DNA from: Planctomycetota bacterium
GTDB lineage: Bacteria > Planctomycetota > GCA-002687715 > DRQF01
Direction: 5' to 3'
NCBI GenBank assembly: GCA_027001995.1
Contig: JALTLO010000149.1
Location: 1-28,048, forward strand
Length of the DNA: 28,048 bases
Both the position numbers and the translations under genes were made by a program. Each line of letters opens with the position of its first letter. The first letter of the stretch is position 1. Under the pieces are notes generated by a model, which was given only the letters and a program-made list of their open reading frames with translations, ran no database searches and was not told the DNA's origin. Shown one piece after another: positions 8,828 to 17,328 of this stretch.

Positions 8828-10122
8828 TCTTCACGCTCCCCGGCAATTTCAGCAAAAGTGCGTCCGTCACCATCGAGTACAGCTTCTTCGTCCGTTGCGG
8901 TTTGCCAGCGTTTGATCGCGACGTCAACGAAACCTGGGCTGATCTCCATGGCTCGACACCGACGTCCCAGTTTCTCAGCCGCAATCAATTGTGACCCCGA
9001 CCCTGAAAACGGTTCCAAGACAATGGCTCGGGGTTTGGTGTGCATCTCCATCGGGATTTCGAATAGACGGACAGGTTTCTGCGTTGGGTGCTCGTTACCC
9101 ACTACACGGGCTTTGCCTTCCCAGTCGACCTCCCAAACCGTGCTGCTGTTAATGCCAGCGTGATGAGGTTTGTTGCCGCGCTTCCAGCCAAATGCGCATG
9201 GTTCATGACGCCATCGGTAGAAACTATGCCCGAATGTTGAGCTGGGCTTGGCCCAGATGATGGCCTGATGCAAGAGCAGATCGAATTCCTCAAAAACCGT
9301 TGCAACCACTGGGTATTGCTTGTGGGCATGCCATACATAAATCGCGACATGCTTGGCAAGATGAGGAAGAGCCGCCTTGAAGACAGATCTCAGGAAATCG
9401 CCAAGGTCAGGGATGGACACCTCATCGTACTTGTCTGACCAATCCTTGCCGGATCCGTTAGGACGATCTGCGCCGGTGTAATCCACGCAATAAGGCGGGT
9501 CAGTTGATAGAAGGGCGGGGCGTTCCTTGCCAAGCAACCGCTCATATGAGAGAGGATCAGTCGAATCACCACACAGTATTTTGTGGTCACCTAAGATCCA
9601 GAGGCCACCAACCTGTGAGATGGGAACCTCCGGAGGCTCCTCTGGACCTTGATCATCAACGTCCTTGGGATCGGCGTCGCCTTCCAGTTCATCCAGAAGG
9701 GCATCAATGTCATCGCCAGAGTAGCCAACACCTTCTAAGGCATCCTCATTTCGGAGTTCATCAAGCAGCTTGGCGAGGGTGGCGTCATCCCATTCTGCAA
9801 GCTCGCTGGTTCTGTTGAGGGCAATCCCTAAGGCCGTGGCTTCAAGGTCGTCGACATCAAGCCTCACAACGTCACAAGATGTCCAGCCGAGCTCCTTCAT
9901 GGCTACAAGTCGGCCATTGCCGCCGATGACACGATTGCTCTTAGCTTGGACGACAAGTGGTTCCGCTTGTCCAAAACGCTTAAGGCTGCCGACAATGGCT
10001 TCCATGTTGCCAGGCCCGTGAGAGCGTGCATTCGCAGGATCAAGGTGAAGGGAAGAGATTAGAACGCGCTCAACGTTCATGTTTGCCGCTTTGCTGCGAC
10101 GCTTTCGGACACGGACTTTCAT
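8824..10122 (-). CDS. ParB/Srx N-terminal domain fused to an N6-A/N4-C DNA methyltransferase (beta order)
   Basis: ParB-like NARSH...FGQAEPLVV...IGGNGRL; acidic linker; LGDHKILCGDS, TDPPY (motif IV), HPTQKPV and EPFSGSGS (motif I). GGAGG RBS. Confidence 0.92.
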   Translation of the reverse strand: MKVRVRKRRSKAANMNVERVLISSLHLDPANARSHGPGNMEAIVGSLKRFGQAEPLVVQAKSNRVIGGNGRLVAMKELGWTSCDVVRLDVDDLEATALGIALNRTSELAEWDDATLAKLLDELRNEDALEGVGYSGDDIDALLDELEGDADPKDVDDQGPEEPPEVPISQVGGLWILGDHKILCGDSTDPLSYERLLGKERPALLSTDPPYCVDYTGADRPNGSGKDWSDKYDEVSIPDLGDFLRSVFKAALPHLAKHVAIYVWHAHKQYPVVATVFEEFDLLLHQAIIWAKPSSTFGHSFYRWRHEPCAFGWKRGNKPHHAGINSSTVWEVDWEGKARVVGNEHPTQKPVRLFEIPMEMHTKPRAIVLEPFSGSGSQLIAAEKLGRRCRAMEISPGFVDVAIKRWQTATDEEAVLDGDGRTFAEIAGEREE

Positions 10123-10313
10123 GCCAATACCTCCAAGGGAAGATGGATCGTGAACTTGGAGTTGGCTTGGATTTGTGCGCGTGAACGCCTTGGAAGTGTC
10201 TTGGAGTTGTGCCCAGTGTATATGATTGGCAAGACCGAATCACGGGAATGATGGTTTGCTTCACGTTTTCCTCAAGCGGATAGCTCGGAGTAATAGTGAG
10301 AAGGGGGAAGATT

Positions 10314-10820
10314 ATGGAATTCGATGGGATCGAGTCATTGGCATCTTACGGGTTTCTGGGGTTCATGAGTTTTCGCGAACTTGATGACGAGAAGTTCACC
10401 GCCGTCCCTAAGATCCGTGGTGTCTATGTTGTGCTTCAGCCAGAAATTCACTCGCCGTTTTTTCTGGAGCAGAGTCGAGGTGGTATTCGCAAGGACGGAA
10501 AGGGTGGGGACCCCAGCGTCTTAGTGAGCACTCTTGAAGCAAACTGGGTCTCTGAATCTCCGATCCTCTATATTGGCAAAGCCGGTGGTCATGGGACCAA
10601 GGCCACTTTGCGGTCACGACTCCAGGCGTATGGCAGATTCGGCAGCGGAGGGACCAGCCACCGTGGTGGGCGATACATCTGGCAACTTGCGGATGCAGAT
10701 AGCTTGTTGGTCTGTTGGAAAGAACTTGATGACCAAGAACCGGCGAAAGTTGAGACTGAATTGATCGCCGCGTTTGTTAAGAAGTTTGGCAGACGGCCAT
10801 TCGCAAATCTCAAGGACTGA
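10314..10820 (+). CDS. GIY-YIG superfamily nuclease-like protein
   Basis: GVYVVL...LYIGKA...LRSRL...ETELI...PFAN matches the GIY-YIG layout (GxY, YIG, R, E, N). Alternative GTG start at 10296. Confidence 0.75.
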   Translation: MEFDGIESLASYGFLGFMSFRELDDEKFTAVPKIRGVYVVLQPEIHSPFFLEQSRGGIRKDGKGGDPSVLVSTLEANWVSESPILYIGKAGGHGTKATLRSRLQAYGRFGSGGTSHRGGRYIWQLADADSLLVCWKELDDQEPAKVETELIAAFVKKFGRRPFANLKD

Positions 10821-11181
10821 CTGGGCTACGGCCATCGGCATCCCGAAGATCCAATTTGCCGCCATCGCCTGAAGATCGAAAAGTCCCAACGATGTTTCCA
10901 GCGTGCCAAAGATCTATTCGACTTGAAGTCAATGTGATTGTCGTGCCCTTTTCAGGATGCCCAATATGTAGGGTAGCTTCTCCACGTTCATCTACTTCAG
11001 CAATCAAAGCTGCATCACCATCGGGATCAAGCAGTGTCAGGCGTACAACTCGGCCTTGTATTCCTTGGCATTCTTCGTCTCTTGGCGCGGCTGTTTCCAG
11101 TCTTGCGCGAACACGACCTTGGTTTGGTTCTCGAAGCAAGAAACGCTCAGCTTCAATCGTCTTTCGGATTTCGTTTTTCAT
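10810..11181 (-). CDS. Hypothetical protein (123 aa, beta-rich)
   Basis: ORF with plausible composition, preceded by the ACTT-N23-TCAT motif. Its 3' end overlaps the GIY-YIG 3' end. Confidence 0.55.
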   Translation of the reverse strand: MKNEIRKTIEAERFLLREPNQGRVRARLETAAPRDEECQGIQGRVVRLTLLDPDGDAALIAEVDERGEATLHIGHPEKGTTITLTSSRIDLWHAGNIVGTFRSSGDGGKLDLRDADGRSPVSP

Positions 11182-11187
11182 GGTCCA

Positions 11188-11218
11188 ATGAACGCTCTGT
11201 TTCGCCAGAAACGCAAGT
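11188..11218 (-). promoter_or_regulatory. ACTT-N23-TCAT motif (other copies at 1052-1082 and 6836-6866)
   Basis: The same spacing recurs upstream of three minus-strand genes. Confidence 0.55.
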
Positions 11219-11239
11219 GCTCATGTTCTTAATTCGAGA

Positions 11240-11530
11240 GAATTCAATATTTGAATTCACCAACTTTGGACAATGCCAACGTTGGAATAAGCCAAAAAAA
11301 TCAGGCTCCCGTTTTCGGTTTAGCAACGCCAAAAAAGGTCTTAAATGACCGAAAAACGGTCTCTAAAACAGAGGGGAACTTTGGGATTTGCCAAGGTTGG
11401 CGAATTCGGCCTCGTAGCATATGTTTGATAGTTGAATTCGTCACTTGTGACTTTTGGCAGTTTCGCCGAGACCCCCGAAATCGGTGAACCAGCGGTGAAC
11501 TTCCGGGGAACTTTGAAATGTGGTGAATTG
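11240..11530. repeat. Repeat- and palindrome-rich intergenic region
   Basis: Tandem 11-mers GGTGAACCAGC/GGTGAACTTCC/GGGGAACTTTG (11483-11515), with a further GGGGAACTTTG at 11373-11383. CCAA-NN-TTGG occurs three times (11260, 11276, 11391). GAATTCAA-TAT-TTGAATTC at 11240-11258. Confidence 0.65.
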
Positions 11531-11830
11531 GGTCCGATTTTCGTTGTAATGCGACCCCTGACAGCTGTAGGACATTGGATGTCCTGAGCACGAGATAGAG
11601 TAAGACACTCGGTCGGTGATTTGATCATCCCGATGGGAGCTCGAAGAAGCGCAGTCGTTCCTGTGGTCCTATTTATCCACAGTCGAATCGATTACCGACA
11701 ACCACTCAGGCGAACCAAGTTCAATTTGTCGGATTTCGTTTTGTTGGCGTGGCTCGGTGTCCTGGCCGGAAGAATTGTAGCGCGGAATTAGACGGCTTGT
11801 GCAGCCGATTGGTGATTTTGGAGTCAACAA

Positions 11831-13132
11831 GTGTCGGTTTCTGAGATGTTCATGCAGTTCAATGCCAATCTTGCAATTGCCAACGCGGACCTGATTAGTC
11901 TTCGCTACGGCGAGCTCACGGCAGCGCTGAATAAAGTCTTCCGAGATACGGATTCAAAAACAGCCAATACTCTGCAAGTTGGTTCTTTTGGAAGAAAAAC
12001 GGGCATCGACGGTATCTCAGACTTGGACATGCTCTATTTGATGCCTCAGTCGAAATGGGGAACCTACTCAAGTGGAGGCCAACTTAAGTTGCTTCAGGAC
12101 GCCAAGGATGCCATTCTTGATCGTTACCCGAAAACCAAAGTGTGTGTTGATCGCTTGGTGGTGACGGTCACGTACACCAATTTTCATGTGGAAGTTCAAC
12201 CTGTCTTCAAGCAAGAGGATGGAAGTTTTGAATATCCAGATACGAAGAGCGGTGGCGCATGGAAAAACACTAAACCAGTCTTAGAGATGGCTGCAATTTC
12301 ACAGTTGGACAAGGAGAAGAACTCTAATCTCAGACGACTGTGTAGGATGACTCGGGCTTGGAAGAACAAACATGGTGTTGGGATTGGTGGACTCGTGGTC
12401 GATACTCTTGCCTACAATTTCTTGCAGTCAACGAGCGACTATGATGAAAAGAGCTATTCCCAATATGACCTACTCAACCGAGATTTCTTTGGATATTTGG
12501 CTGCCTTGCCCAAACAAGATCGATATTCCGCGCCTGGAAGCAATCAACATGTTAAGGTGAAAAATGCGTTTCAGGGTAAGGCAAAGAAAGCATACAAACT
12601 ATGCCTCACAGCCATCGAAGCTGAAGGTGCAAAAGGCGTCAACGACAAGTGGAAGAAGATATTTGGCCGTCCATTTCCTACACATGCTGAGATCGTCAAG
12701 GAAAGTTCAGCTTCTCGGATGGATGCGACTTGGAATGACACGGAAGAATTCATTGAGGATCAATATCCGATCGACATTCGACATAATCTGAGGATTGATT
12801 GTGATGTGGAACAGAGTGGTTTTCGGAAGTACACATTGAGGGCCATGATCCAAAAGATGATTCCCCTTCTTCCAAGAAAGACGCTCAAGTTCAAAATCAC
12901 TGCGAATAACGTAGTCGGTGACTACTCGATCAAGTGGAAAGTCCTCAATCGAGGTGAAGAAGCACGAAGCCGCGACATAGTACGCGGCCAAATCGTCAGT
13001 GACGATGGGTACGAGAGTAAGAGTGAGCCAACCAAATTCAAGGGTGACCATGTTGTCGAATGTTATGCGATCAAGAATGGGGTCGTGGTCGCGAAGGACA
13101 GAGTCCACGTTCCAATTAGTTCAAACGGCTAA
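11831..13132 (+). CDS. CBASS cyclase: SMODS/CD-NTase nucleotidyltransferase with C-terminal AGS-C domain
   Basis: Pol-beta motif VGSFGRKTGIDGISDLDML plus a third acidic residue in FHVEVQP; RMTRAWK; WKKIFGRPFP. The C-terminal WKVLNRGEEA...RGQI...FKGDHVVECYAIKNGVVVAKDRVHVPI is AGS-C-like. Confidence 0.88.
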   Translation: MSVSEMFMQFNANLAIANADLISLRYGELTAALNKVFRDTDSKTANTLQVGSFGRKTGIDGISDLDMLYLMPQSKWGTYSSGGQLKLLQDAKDAILDRYPKTKVCVDRLVVTVTYTNFHVEVQPVFKQEDGSFEYPDTKSGGAWKNTKPVLEMAAISQLDKEKNSNLRRLCRMTRAWKNKHGVGIGGLVVDTLAYNFLQSTSDYDEKSYSQYDLLNRDFFGYLAALPKQDRYSAPGSNQHVKVKNAFQGKAKKAYKLCLTAIEAEGAKGVNDKWKKIFGRPFPTHAEIVKESSASRMDATWNDTEEFIEDQYPIDIRHNLRIDCDVEQSGFRKYTLRAMIQKMIPLLPRKTLKFKITANNVVGDYSIKWKVLNRGEEARSRDIVRGQIVSDDGYESKSEPTKFKGDHVVECYAIKNGVVVAKDRVHVPISSNG

Positions 13133-13180
13133 TGTTCGATGACTCGAGGTGATGGATGACTATTAAGAGGGAGGAGTCAA

Positions 13181-13762
13181 GTGGGAAATCAACCTGAGAA
13201 ATTGAGGTTGGCGGATGACACTGCCATACTCGAATGCCAGTTGCGAGAATGCTTCGGGAGAGTTGTCTATTCACACAAGACGCACGAGAAGTGTGCTGAT
13301 ATTCTTCTCGCCCTTCAGTCGCGCCTAAGAAACATCCAAATAGTTCTCTCTGCACTTACGACAGCCGGTTTTGTTTCAGTAGCTTTGGGCACAGGCCAGA
13401 TCGGCGCTATTTGTGGCGGCGTGATTTCGACGGTACTTCTCGCATTGAACTCCTACACCAAGGCTCAGGATTTGGGTGAACTCGCGCAGAAACATCGGCA
13501 AGCTGGCTCTGACCTTTGGATTATCCGCGAGAAGTATTTCTCCCTGCTCGCAGACTTAAGAATGCAAATTATGCCGTTGAATGAGATGATCACTCGACGT
13601 GAGGACCTAATGGATGAGCTTCATGGCGTTTATTCTGGGACTCCGAGCACGAATTACAAGGCGTATCGGAAAGCACAGGAAGCACTGACGAAGCTGGAAG
13701 ACATGACGTTCTCTGATGCCGAAATTGACAGATTTTTGCCTGACGCGCTTAGAAAAACTTGA
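13181..13762 (+). CDS. SLATT-domain 2TM effector (CBASS membrane effector)
   Basis: LRECFGRVVYSHKTHEKCADIL, two hydrophobic segments (IVLSALTTAGFVSVAL; GAICGGVISTVLLAL), then LW..REKY.SLL.D and P.T...AY..AQ. GGAGGAG RBS; adjacent to the cyclase. Confidence 0.87.
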   Translation: MGNQPEKLRLADDTAILECQLRECFGRVVYSHKTHEKCADILLALQSRLRNIQIVLSALTTAGFVSVALGTGQIGAICGGVISTVLLALNSYTKAQDLGELAQKHRQAGSDLWIIREKYFSLLADLRMQIMPLNEMITRREDLMDELHGVYSGTPSTNYKAYRKAQEALTKLEDMTFSDAEIDRFLPDALRKT

Positions 13763-14083
13763 GCACGATGCTCACTGGTATATTCACAGCTGGATAAATG
13801 GCGCGAATTGCCTGTTCAAAATTCACTGCGGCCATAACAAGTGTACAATTTGTTTATAGAACAGCTGTCGATGCGAGCTCATCATTGGCAGATTGTTCAC
13901 ATCTGGTCGTCACGCCTTGAAGCGATTCGCCAGAGTTGGACACATGAGATTGGTTCTCGTACACTAAGTGTATGTGTGAGCGTTTGGGCGACTTTGGACT
14001 TTTTCCTGTTGGGTTCAGCAAGCTACTCGATAGTTTGGTGATTGGTCCAGATAACCATGCAACACCGCCAATGGGGAGAGAAA

Positions 14084-16189
14084 ATGCATAAGGATCTTAG
14101 GCAGCTTGAGGCATCGCTTTGGGAATCAGCAGACAGATTACGCGCCAACTCGAAGCTGAACGCGACCGAATACTCGATGCCGGTGCTGGGCCTGATTTTC
14201 CTGCGGCACGCCACGACTCGTTTTGATGTGACCAAGGCTAAGATTAGTTCGACTCTTCCCAGCCGTGGGGGCGTGACGCGAGAGATCGTCCCACAGGATT
14301 TTGAGAGTCAAGGGGCCATTTTCCTCCCTGAGAAAGCTCGTTACGACTACCTCACCGACTTGCCTGAGGGTGAAGACTTGGGTGAGGCCATCAATAAAGC
14401 AATGCGGCTTATCGAGGAGCAGGTGCCCGACCTCTTGGATGGCGTGCTGCCCAAGAACTACGCCAAGTTCGAGAAAGACCTGTTGACGGAGCTTGTTCGC
14501 ATCTTCAACAGCGATGCGCTTCGCTCCTCAACGACCGACGACCTCTTTGGTCGAATCTACGAGTACTTCCTCAACAAGTTTGCCATGAGCGGTGCTCAAG
14601 AGGGGGGTGAGTTCTTTACGCCTCCTTCCTTGGTGCGAACCATCGTCAACTTTATCGAACCAACCCACGGAAGGGTGATCGACCCTGCTTGTGGCAGCGT
14701 TGGTATGTTCGTTCAAGCAGCCCACACTATCGCCGCCGAAGGCGAACAGGTCACCGCCAAGGTCACCTTTCACGGCAGAGAAAAAACCGAGACAAACACC
14801 AAACTCGCCCGAATGAACCTTGCCGTCCACGGCCTTGAAGGTGACATCCAACAAGGGAACACTTTCTACGACCGCTGGAGCGACCTGATTGGTAAGTGTG
14901 ACTATGTCATGGCCAATCCACCGTTTAACGTTGACATGATCGATCCGGCCAAGTGCAAGGGTGACCCTCGGCTCTTCACCGACAAGGCCATTCCCGGCAT
15001 CAGTGCCAGGACCAAAACCGTCAGCAATGGCAACTATCTCTGGATTCAATACTTCTACTCATACTTGAACAAAAAGGGACGGGCTGGTTTTGTCATGGCC
15101 CAGTCGGCCACTGACGCTGGGCATGGCGAAAAGACAATTAGGGAGGAAATCACAGCCACCGGAGACGTAGACATCATCGTCTCCATCGGCACGAACTTCT
15201 TCTACACTCGCGCATTGCCATGCTCGTTGTGGTTCTTCGAGCGGGGTCGCCCCGAGGCCCGTCGCGGCAAGGTGTTGATGCTCGATGCTCGGAACATCTA
15301 CCGGGTCATCAGCCGGAAGATCCGTGACTTCAGCGAAGAGCAACTCCAAAACCTCACGGCGATCACCTGGCTCTATCGGGGTGAGACAGATCGCTACTTA
15401 GCTCTGGTGGGTCGCTACTTTGATGAGACCTTGGCCGGACTCAGTGGATTGGCGGACAGTCTCAAGGGTCTGGATGGCCCTTTGAGTGACCTAACGACAG
15501 AACTAAGAAACTTTGCTCAAAGCGGTTTGGAGGCAGGGGAACCGAAGGACACCTTCGACAGCATCCTAAAAGAACGTGGCGAGGCTTTGACTTCCTTTAT
15601 GGCGGATCGAAAGGCGCTCTTAGGAAACCTAACGACTTGGAAGAAGACTCACGGTGCTGGCAGTCGAAACACCAACCCGGAACAACGAGACCAGCACGAG
15701 ACCTTGATGCCATCGGTGGCTCGCCTGACCACGCTTCGTAAGCAGATCAACGAAGTCCAGAAGCTCACAGCTCGTGCCTGTGACCATGCCCGCAAGGAGC
15801 TATCCGCTTCGGTCGCATCAGGCTGGGTCAATAGGGATCTAAAGAAGAAGCAGGTTGCGTTGGACGCTGCCCGTGGTGCGGCCCTTGAAGCGGTGCAGTC
15901 GGTGAACTATCCATTCGCTCAGATTTCCTGGCTACAGACCCGCTTCCCCGATGCGGTGATGGCTGATGTGTTGGGGCTTTGTAAGGTCGTGACACTTCAA
16001 GTGATCAGCGAGCAAGATGGCAGCTTGACACCCGGTCGCTACGTTGGGGTAGCTCCGCCGGAACCTGAAGACGAAGAGCACGTGGAAGAGCGGCTACGGG
16101 AGATTCATATAGAGCTGTCGAGCTTGAATGGGGAAGCTGTGGACCTAGCCAAGACCATCACCATCAACTTTGAGGAGTTGTTGGGATGA
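14084..16189 (+). CDS. hsdM: Type I restriction-modification methyltransferase subunit
   Basis: LWESADRLRANS N-terminus, GEFFTP, DPACGSVGM (motif I), NPPFN (motif IV), SLTPGRYVG C-terminus. Start at MHKDL after GGAG. Confidence 0.96.
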   Translation: MHKDLRQLEASLWESADRLRANSKLNATEYSMPVLGLIFLRHATTRFDVTKAKISSTLPSRGGVTREIVPQDFESQGAIFLPEKARYDYLTDLPEGEDLGEAINKAMRLIEEQVPDLLDGVLPKNYAKFEKDLLTELVRIFNSDALRSSTTDDLFGRIYEYFLNKFAMSGAQEGGEFFTPPSLVRTIVNFIEPTHGRVIDPACGSVGMFVQAAHTIAAEGEQVTAKVTFHGREKTETNTKLARMNLAVHGLEGDIQQGNTFYDRWSDLIGKCDYVMANPPFNVDMIDPAKCKGDPRLFTDKAIPGISARTKTVSNGNYLWIQYFYSYLNKKGRAGFVMAQSATDAGHGEKTIREEITATGDVDIIVSIGTNFFYTRALPCSLWFFERGRPEARRGKVLMLDARNIYRVISRKIRDFSEEQLQNLTAITWLYRGETDRYLALVGRYFDETLAGLSGLADSLKGLDGPLSDLTTELRNFAQSGLEAGEPKDTFDSILKERGEALTSFMADRKALLGNLTTWKKTHGAGSRNTNPEQRDQHETLMPSVARLTTLRKQINEVQKLTARACDHARKELSASVASGWVNRDLKKKQVALDAARGAALEAVQSVNYPFAQISWLQTRFPDAVMADVLGLCKVVTLQVISEQDGSLTPGRYVGVAPPEPEDEEHVEERLREIHIELSSLNGEAVDLAKTITINFEELLG

Positions 16190-17328
16190 GTTGGCCATTA
16201 AGCATCATCGGCGACTATTTCCAGGTGAAGCACGGATTCGCTCTTAAAGGCGATTTCTTCGGCAATGATGGCGAGTACATTGTTGTCACTCCTGGTAACT
16301 TTCATGAAGTTGGAGGCTTTCGCCACAGGGGCGACAAAGAGAAGTTCTACACACAGAGTCCCCCGGACGATTTCATATTGGCGTGTGATGACTTGATTAT
16401 CGCCATGACTGAACAAGGTGAAGGACTTCTAGGTAGTTCGGCACTCGTACCTTCCGATGATCGATACCTGCACAACCAGCGTATCGGACTTGTTACTGAC
16501 CTGGACGAATCAAAGCTCGACAAGCGCTTTCTTTGTTACCTTCTCAATACATTAGGAGTGAGAGCGCAGATCCGTGCCACTGCAACAGGTACGAAGGTCA
16601 AGCACACTGCGCCGAAGCGCATACGAGCAGTGAAATCCCACCTGCCACCCGTTCCCATCCAAACCCGCATCGCCGACATCCTCTCCGCCTACGACGACCT
16701 CATTGCGAATAACAATCGACGGATGGCTCTCTTGGAAGATGCCATTCATTTGCTTTATCGGGAGTGGTTCGTCTATCTCCGCTTCCCCGGCCATGAACGA
16801 GTCAAGGTTGTGGATGGGCTGCCGGAGGGGTGGGAGCGGAAACCTCTCCGGAAGTGCTTCACACTGAATTACGGAAAATCGCTCCCAAAGAAGATTCGGG
16901 ATGCGGGAGATTTTCCCGTTTACGGGTCCAGTGGTGTTGTTGGTACGCACAAGACCGCATTGGTTACGGGGCCTGGTCTCATCGTTGGACGGAAGGGCAA
17001 CGTTGGCACCGTGTTTTGGTGCGAAACCGACTTTTTTCCAATTGATACTACCTACTTCATATCTGCCGAGGAGACTTCCCTCTTTATCTATTCAGCATTA
17101 AAGTCGCTAGTCTTTGTGAGCAGTGATGCTGCAGTACCCGGTCTAAACAGAAACTATGCCTACAGCAAAGAGATCCTCGTGCCGACTGATGGCGTAAAGA
17201 ATGAGTTTGAGGTAATCGTTCGCAAGCATCGTGACCAGCTCAACAATCTCGAAAACCAAAACCAACGCTGCCGAGAAGCCCGAGACCTTCTCCTTCCCCG
17301 ATTTATGGACGGGAGACTCCCGGTATGA
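16186..17328 (+). CDS. hsdS: Type I restriction-modification specificity subunit
   Basis: Two TRDs separated by LPPVPIQTRIADILSAYDDLIANNNRR...LYREWFV.LRFPG...LPEGW; ends RDLLLPRFMDG. ATGA overlaps at both ends. Confidence 0.95.
   Translation: MSWPLSIIGDYFQVKHGFALKGDFFGNDGEYIVVTPGNFHEVGGFRHRGDKEKFYTQSPPDDFILACDDLIIAMTEQGEGLLGSSALVPSDDRYLHNQRIGLVTDLDESKLDKRFLCYLLNTLGVRAQIRATATGTKVKHTAPKRIRAVKSHLPPVPIQTRIADILSAYDDLIANNNRRMALLEDAIHLLYREWFVYLRFPGHERVKVVDGLPEGWERKPLRKCFTLNYGKSLPKKIRDAGDFPVYGSSGVVGTHKTALVTGPGLIVGRKGNVGTVFWCETDFFPIDTTYFISAEETSLFIYSALKSLVFVSSDAAVPGLNRNYAYSKEILVPTDGVKNEFEVIVRKHRDQLNNLENQNQRCREARDLLLPRFMDGRLPV

Larger units (their letters stand above)
1..11530 (-). mobile_element. Integrative phage-satellite-like element core (serine recombinase/DUF2924, primase-helicase, terminase cassette); boundaries uncertain
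   Basis: Co-oriented, often ATGA-coupled recombination, replication and packaging genes. No att sites identified. Confidence 0.75.

Noticed and set aside
1..11200. Complete prophage
   Set aside because: No portal, capsid, tail or lysis genes are recognisable in the window.
6799..11245. 13-bp inverted match TTCGAGAGAATTC (11233-11245 plus strand; 6799-6811 minus strand) as possible inversion sites
   Set aside because: Several 13-mer matches are expected by chance in 28 kb, and the match does not extend.
11251..11628. Three 78-96 aa ORFs in the divergent intergenic region
   Set aside because: They overlap each other, have no clear RBS or motifs, and coincide with the repeat-rich non-coding structure.
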